The notes under the pieces: generated by a model
Seen by the model: the letters and a program-made list of their open reading frames with translations, nothing else
What the model was told of the DNA's origin: nothing
The model's database searches: none
Origin: an archaeon
Lineage (GTDB): Archaea > Iainarchaeota > Iainarchaeia > Iainarchaeales > Iainarchaeaceae
Assembly: GCA_038046625.1 (NCBI GenBank)
Contig: JBBSVV010000021.1
Span: forward strand, 1-11,354
Reading direction: 5' to 3'
DNA: 11,354 bases
Program-made: the position numbers and the translations under genes
Part shown: positions 7,134 through 11,354 of the stretch, in pieces
Layout: every line of letters begins with the position of its first letter
Numbering within the stretch: position 1 is the first letter of the stretch

Positions 7134-7778
7134 TTAAAGCCTTTTGAGTTCCTCTATGGCTTTTTCTACCCCCTTTGGGTTCCTGAATATGCCTGTTCCC
7201 GCAACCAGCACGTCAACGCCTGCCTCGGCGCATTGCTTTGCTGTTTCCAGATTGATTCCGCCGTCAACCTCAATCTCGCATTCGAGTTCCTCCGAATCAA
7301 TTTTTTTGCGCAGCGCGCGGATTTTCTGCAGCGCAAGGGCATTGAATTTCTGGCCCCCAAAGCCCGCCTGAACGCTCATCACCAATGCGAGGTCGACCTT
7401 GTCCAAGTAAGGGAAAATTGTTTTGGCTTCGGTCTGGTTGTTGATTGCGATTCCGGTTTTCATTCCGTGCTCTTCAATCTGTTCAATTATTGCGAGCGGC
7501 TTGTTGGTAGCTTCTATGTGGAAAATCAGCAATTGGTTTCCGAGCTCCGCGAACTCTTGAACGTATGTTTCGGGATTTTCAACCATGAGATGCGATTCGA
7601 AAAAGAGCTTTGTTTTCGGCCTGAGTTCTGAAATCCTTTTTTTGTCAAGGCCTTTGTTCGGAACGAACTTTTTGTCCATGATGTCAAACTGTATCCTGTC
7701 CGCCTTCGCGAGCTTCGGGAGCCATTCCCGCCATTTCGAGAAGTCCGCGTCAAGCACCGAGGCAGCAACTTTGGCCAT
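7134..7778 (-). CDS. rpe: Ribulose-phosphate 3-epimerase family protein
   Basis: ASVLDADF, DIMD..FVPN, HLMV, FHIE, LVMSVQAGFGGQKF, IEVDGGIN, AGVDVLVAGTGIF. TTTAAA box (7802-7807) lies 24-29 nt upstream. Confidence 0.9.
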   Translation of the reverse strand: MAKVAASVLDADFSKWREWLPKLAKADRIQFDIMDKKFVPNKGLDKKRISELRPKTKLFFESHLMVENPETYVQEFAELGNQLLIFHIEATNKPLAIIEQIEEHGMKTGIAINNQTEAKTIFPYLDKVDLALVMSVQAGFGGQKFNALALQKIRALRKKIDSEELECEIEVDGGINLETAKQCAEAGVDVLVAGTGIFRNPKGVEKAIEELKRL

Positions 7779-7860
7779 GGATAAAATAAGCGATGGTTTG
7801 ATTTAAAGCTTTACTAAAGGTTTTGGGAGTGAGAATTTCCGGGCAATTTCCGGCGAACCT

Positions 7861-8568
7861 TTACTTCAGCTCTTCCGCGCCGGGAATTTGCGTTTCTTCG
7901 TTTGGCACGGAGCAGTAAGCAATCCACTTTCCAATTTTTTTTGAAAAGCATTTGGATCTTATTTCAACAAAAGGAATTTGTGTCGGTTCCTGTGCGAAAG
8001 CAAATCGCACCAATTTTTTCGGGGGCTTTCCGCGCTGCGTAACCTTGGCCACAATTTCCTGGCCCAGGAAACAGCCTTTTGTGAGCGAAACCGCGTCGCG
8101 CCAATCAGTATTCATTATCATTTCGTTCCCGAATTCAAGACCCTGCATCGAGATTCCGTTTTCCAAGCGGAGGCACAAAAATTCTTTTTCATTCATTTTT
8201 ATGAATCCTTTGGGTTCTTTTTCAGCGATAAATATGAAATAGTTTTTTTCGGGAATTAAAATGCCGTGCTCCGTCGGCTTTTCGGTTGTGAAGAAAACTT
8301 TTTCGCGCATTTTTTCTGCCCTGCATTTACCCAGCATCAAGTAAGTCTTCATTGCTGCCAAGAATTTTTCCGAATATTTTGCGTTGAGCGCAATGGTCAC
8401 TTCCTTTCCATCGAACCTCTGGTAAAAAACCGCCACGATGCGCCCGTAAACGTCGAGCAGCGCGTTTCTCGTTCCTTCGCGCGTGTTGGTTGTTATTCCG
8501 TTGAATAGCTTTTCCGCGTCCCCGCTTATCCTGAAAGCGACGAACGGCAATTCGAAGCAGTGTTTCAT
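7861..8568 (-). CDS. ygfZ: YgfZ/GcvT-like folate-binding protein (Fe-S/tRNA-modification associated), compact form
   Basis: Signature VSLTKGCFLGQEIVAK and N-terminal ISGDAEKLFNGITTN. Start placed at ATG 8568 because TTTAAAA (8592-8598) lies 24-30 nt upstream. Confidence 0.85.
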   Translation of the reverse strand: MKHCFELPFVAFRISGDAEKLFNGITTNTREGTRNALLDVYGRIVAVFYQRFDGKEVTIALNAKYSEKFLAAMKTYLMLGKCRAEKMREKVFFTTEKPTEHGILIPEKNYFIFIAEKEPKGFIKMNEKEFLCLRLENGISMQGLEFGNEMIMNTDWRDAVSLTKGCFLGQEIVAKVTQRGKPPKKLVRFAFAQEPTQIPFVEIRSKCFSKKIGKWIAYCSVPNEETQIPGAEELK

Positions 8569-8664
8569 GCATTGATTCGGGCTGCTAGTGGTTTTAAAGT
8601 TTCCCGCTTGTGAACAACCCAATACCCTAACGGGCATTCCGTTGACGGGAAGTAACTTTGCGGC

Positions 8665-9348
8665 TCAGAATTTGAACGGGTTGAAATCCGTTTTGTGGTC
8701 GTAAATGTCGCTCGATTCCTCTTTTTTCAGGAAATCCGTTATGGCGTATGTTACTGGGGTGAACAGGGCTTCTATTCCGACCTTAAATACATAGTTCGAA
8801 ACCACCAGCGCAATGAATATTTCCATAGGGAGTTCTCCCCAGAAAGCTATTGCGGAAAAGAGAATAGTGTCTACTGCTTGCCCCACAACTGTCGAGCCAA
8901 TTGTTCTCATCCAGAGGTATTTTCCTTTGGACCATATTTTCATTTTTGCGAGCACGAAGCTGTTCGAGAATTCTCCAGCAAAGTATGCTATTAGGGATGC
9001 GAGTACAATGCGCGGCACAACTCCTAAAATCGCGTCGTATGCTGCCTGGTTTTCCCAGCCTTGGGCCGCGGGCAATAAGCCAACTATCGCGAACACTATT
9101 GACATTACGAGTGCGACTGCAAACCCGGTCCATATTACTTTTCTCGCCCTGTGGAAACCATAAACTTCGGTTAAAATGTCGCCGAAGATGTAGCTTAATG
9201 GAAAAAGTATTGTGCCGCCGTCGAAAGTGAATGGCCCGAGCACGAGTATTTTTGTGGACGCGATGTTGGATATGATTAGTACGCCTACAAATAGGCCGGT
9301 TATCGTGGCGAAGTACCTGTTGCCTTTTTCTTCGTCCATTTTTTTCAC
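8665..9348 (-). CDS. yhhQ: Queuosine precursor transporter (YhhQ/VUT family)
   Basis: ISNIASTK, GGTILFPLSYIFGDILTEVYG, RIVLASLIAYFAGEFSNSFV, WMRTIGSTVVGQAVDT. GTG start overlaps the tgt stop (GTGA); alternative ATG at 9339. Confidence 0.93.
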   Translation of the reverse strand: MKKMDEEKGNRYFATITGLFVGVLIISNIASTKILVLGPFTFDGGTILFPLSYIFGDILTEVYGFHRARKVIWTGFAVALVMSIVFAIVGLLPAAQGWENQAAYDAILGVVPRIVLASLIAYFAGEFSNSFVLAKMKIWSKGKYLWMRTIGSTVVGQAVDTILFSAIAFWGELPMEIFIALVVSNYVFKVGIEALFTPVTYAITDFLKKEESSDIYDHKTDFNPFKF

Positions 9349-10436
9349 TTCATTGTTTTCAGGAATTCTTTTTGCCTGAATTTCCCTTTAGTTATTTGTT
9401 CCCTGATGCGTTTAACAAGGTTTTGCGTGAACCACAGGTTGTGGAAGCTCAAATACTTCTGCGCGTTTTCTTCCTTGGTGCGGAACAAATGATGGATGTA
9501 TGCGCGTGAATGGTTTTTGCACACGAAGCACCCGCATTTTTCATCAAGCGGCTTTGAATCCAGCCTGAAAACCGCGGAATCAATGTTTATGTTCCCCTTT
9601 GAAGTGAAGGCCCTTCCGTGCCTCGCTGTTCTTGTGGGAAACCTTGAATCGAAACAATCAACCCCGAGTGCAATTGCCTTCACCAAATCCTGTGGCGAGC
9701 CAACTCCCATCAAGTAGCGGGGCTTTTCTTTTGGAAGCAATGGAAGCGCGGTGTTTATTGCGTCGTACATTTTTTCCAATGGTTCGCCGATTGCAAGGCC
9801 TCCCAAAGCGTTTCCGTCAAAATCCAGTTCCGAAATCTGCTGTGTGCTTTTTTTCCTCAAGTTTTCAAAGATTCCGCCCTGGCATATCCCGAAAAGCAAT
9901 TGTTCCTTGTTCTTATGCGCTTCCTTGCATCGGCTAGCCCATTCCGCGGTCCTTTGCGTGGCCTCGGCCACCCTCTTCTCCGTAGCTCCCGCAACCGGAA
10001 CATCATCGAGGCACATTGCAACATCGCTGCCAAGAACATTCTGTATTTGCACCGCATTTTCGGGGGAGTAAAGCATTGCCTTTCCGTCGAATGGGTTCCT
10101 GAAGGTAACGCCTTCTTCGCTTAATTTCAGGCAGAATTGTTCGCTCAAAACCTGAAAGCCTCCCGAGTCCGTGAATAATCCTTTTTTCCAGTTCATGAAT
10201 TTGTGCAGCCCGTGGAATTTTTTTATGGTTTCAACGCCCGGTTTCATGTGGAGTATGAATGCGTTTGAAATCATGCATTGCGTCCCCGCTTCAAGGACTT
10301 CCTCGTTTGAAAGGAGTTTCACGGAGCCTTTTGTTGCAACGGGCATGAAGAACGGGGCCTCTATTTTGCCGTGTGCTGTCCTCAAAATTCCTGTGCGTGC
10401 CTTTCCACATTCCGCCTCGATGCTGAACTTTTTCAT
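9345..10436 (-). CDS. tgt: tRNA-guanine transglycosylase, bacterial/eukaryotic (queuosine, G34)-type architecture, 363 aa
   Basis: From ATG 10436: ARTG, PFFMPVAT, TDSGGFQV, FGICQGG, GGLAIGE, KPRYLMGVG, GVDCFD, PTR, and Zn site CGCFVC...HNL. No C-terminal PUA domain. Confidence 0.95.
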   Translation of the reverse strand: MKKFSIEAECGKARTGILRTAHGKIEAPFFMPVATKGSVKLLSNEEVLEAGTQCMISNAFILHMKPGVETIKKFHGLHKFMNWKKGLFTDSGGFQVLSEQFCLKLSEEGVTFRNPFDGKAMLYSPENAVQIQNVLGSDVAMCLDDVPVAGATEKRVAEATQRTAEWASRCKEAHKNKEQLLFGICQGGIFENLRKKSTQQISELDFDGNALGGLAIGEPLEKMYDAINTALPLLPKEKPRYLMGVGSPQDLVKAIALGVDCFDSRFPTRTARHGRAFTSKGNINIDSAVFRLDSKPLDEKCGCFVCKNHSRAYIHHLFRTKEENAQKYLSFHNLWFTQNLVKRIREQITKGKFRQKEFLKTMK

Positions 10437-10511
10437 GTATCCATTTCTGCTGCGAAAACCTAAAAAATGCGGGCAAAGCACAATTAAATTCCTGAAAAGC
10501 GTGGTATTTTC

Positions 10512-11354
10512 ATGCCGGAAAACAGGGTTGGTGTAATCCTTGCCGCGGGCAAGAGTATTAGGATGGGCGGTGTAAAGCCCAAGCATGTCCAGAGGATTGA
10601 CTCTTCGAAGCCGCGTTCTTTTGAAAACAACCCTTTTGGGCGGCTTGTTTCGCAGTTCGAGCATTTTGGGATGAAAAGGGCTTTTGCGGTTGTCGGCACA
10701 AACCACGAGGACATGTCGGAATTTTTCGGGTTGCCGGAAATTTCTGATTTGGTAAGGAATGTCCGCGAAAATAACGGCGCAATAAATTATTTCGAGTTCG
10801 GAGAAAGAGGAATGCCTGTTGAGTTCGTGAGGCAGGATAATCCGAAAAGCTGGCGCGCAACTGCCGAAGCCATTCACTCGCGGCTTGCCGAAAACGAAAC
10901 CTGCCTCATGTGTTTTGGCGACGTTGTTTATCAGGACCCCACTATAATGAATTCGCGTCTCCTGCCTGTTCATCCCGGGAAGCCTCATCTTACTGTGGGG
11001 CACACGGTCATTAATTTAAAGTTGGGGAAGTTCGAGCGGGGAAAAACTTTGTTTGTCGCAAACCGTGGCGCCATAGAAGTGCTGAAAAATAACGATGTTC
11101 CTTTCGGCAGCAGGCTTGGGTTGGCGGGTTATGCGAAACTGAAACGGATTTTCAGGAGGAACGGCGGCCTCGCGGACCAGATTCTTACGCGCCAAATAAT
11201 GAACCTCAACAGGCCAGAGGATAAGTCTCATGCGGCCGGAAAAATCGATAATCCGGTCTGGAGGACGAACAGCAAGAGGCCCAATAAACAAGCACGCGAT
11301 ATTGTTCCGAATCTCGGTGCAATGGCTTTCAGGGCGTGGAGAAAAATGCGCCAC
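10512..11354 (+). CDS. NTP-transferase (GT-A fold; MobA/GlmU/sugar-phosphate nucleotidyltransferase-like), 3' end outside the window
   Basis: Manual translation gives MPENRVGVILAAGKSIRMGGVKPK...VEFVRQDNPK...LMCFGDVVY...MNLNRPED, 281 open codons to the window end. Not in the ORF track. Confidence 0.85.
   Translation, partial: MPENRVGVILAAGKSIRMGGVKPKHVQRIDSSKPRSFENNPFGRLVSQFEHFGMKRAFAVVGTNHEDMSEFFGLPEISDLVRNVRENNGAINYFEFGERGMPVEFVRQDNPKSWRATAEAIHSRLAENETCLMCFGDVVYQDPTIMNSRLLPVHPGKPHLTVGHTVINLKLGKFERGKTLFVANRGAIEVLKNNDVPFGSRLGLAGYAKLKRIFRRNGGLADQILTRQIMNLNRPEDKSHAAGKIDNPVWRTNSKRPNKQARDIVPNLGAMAFRAWRKMRH

Noticed and set aside
10437..10511. preQ1 riboswitch upstream of tgt-yhhQ
   Set aside because: No P1 stem with an A-rich tail is visible; the 75-bp spacer is accounted for by two divergent TATA-like elements.
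10437..11003. 189-aa N-terminal extension of TGT in the ORF track (552 aa)
   Set aside because: TGT similarity starts at ATG 10436; the extension is the antisense shadow of the + strand NTP-transferase.
11016..11354. 112-aa minus-strand ORF
   Set aside because: Antisense to the NTP-transferase frame and has no recognisable motifs.

Overview
This looks like an archaeal chromosomal window, probably a DPANN lineage (inferred from TTTAAA/TTTATA boxes about 25-30 nt before apparently leaderless starts, an intron-containing tRNA without encoded CCA, and the gene content). Gene order: HIT hydrolase (-, cut by the window edge, missed by the ORF track); lipoprotein SlyD-type FKBP (-); K+-independent membrane H+-pyrophosphatase hppA (+); 665-aa secreted Cys/Gln-rich protein (+); soluble family I pyrophosphatase ppa (+); a 734-bp islet holding a putative toxin-antitoxin pair, bounded by tRNA-Ser(UGA) and a 23/25 copy of its 3' end; the tRNA itself with an 84-nt hairpin-rich intron; rpe, ygfZ-like, yhhQ and bacterial-type tgt (all -); and a divergent NTP-transferase gene (+, open at the window end, missed by the ORF track). 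The main points of interest are a queuosine-type salvage module (tgt+yhhQ) with a mosaic TGT active site in an apparent archaeon, the integrase-less TA islet with a Zn-ribbon/AbrB antitoxin, and (AAAG)n hairpin elements in and around the tRNA. All family calls come from motifs read by eye; no searches were run.
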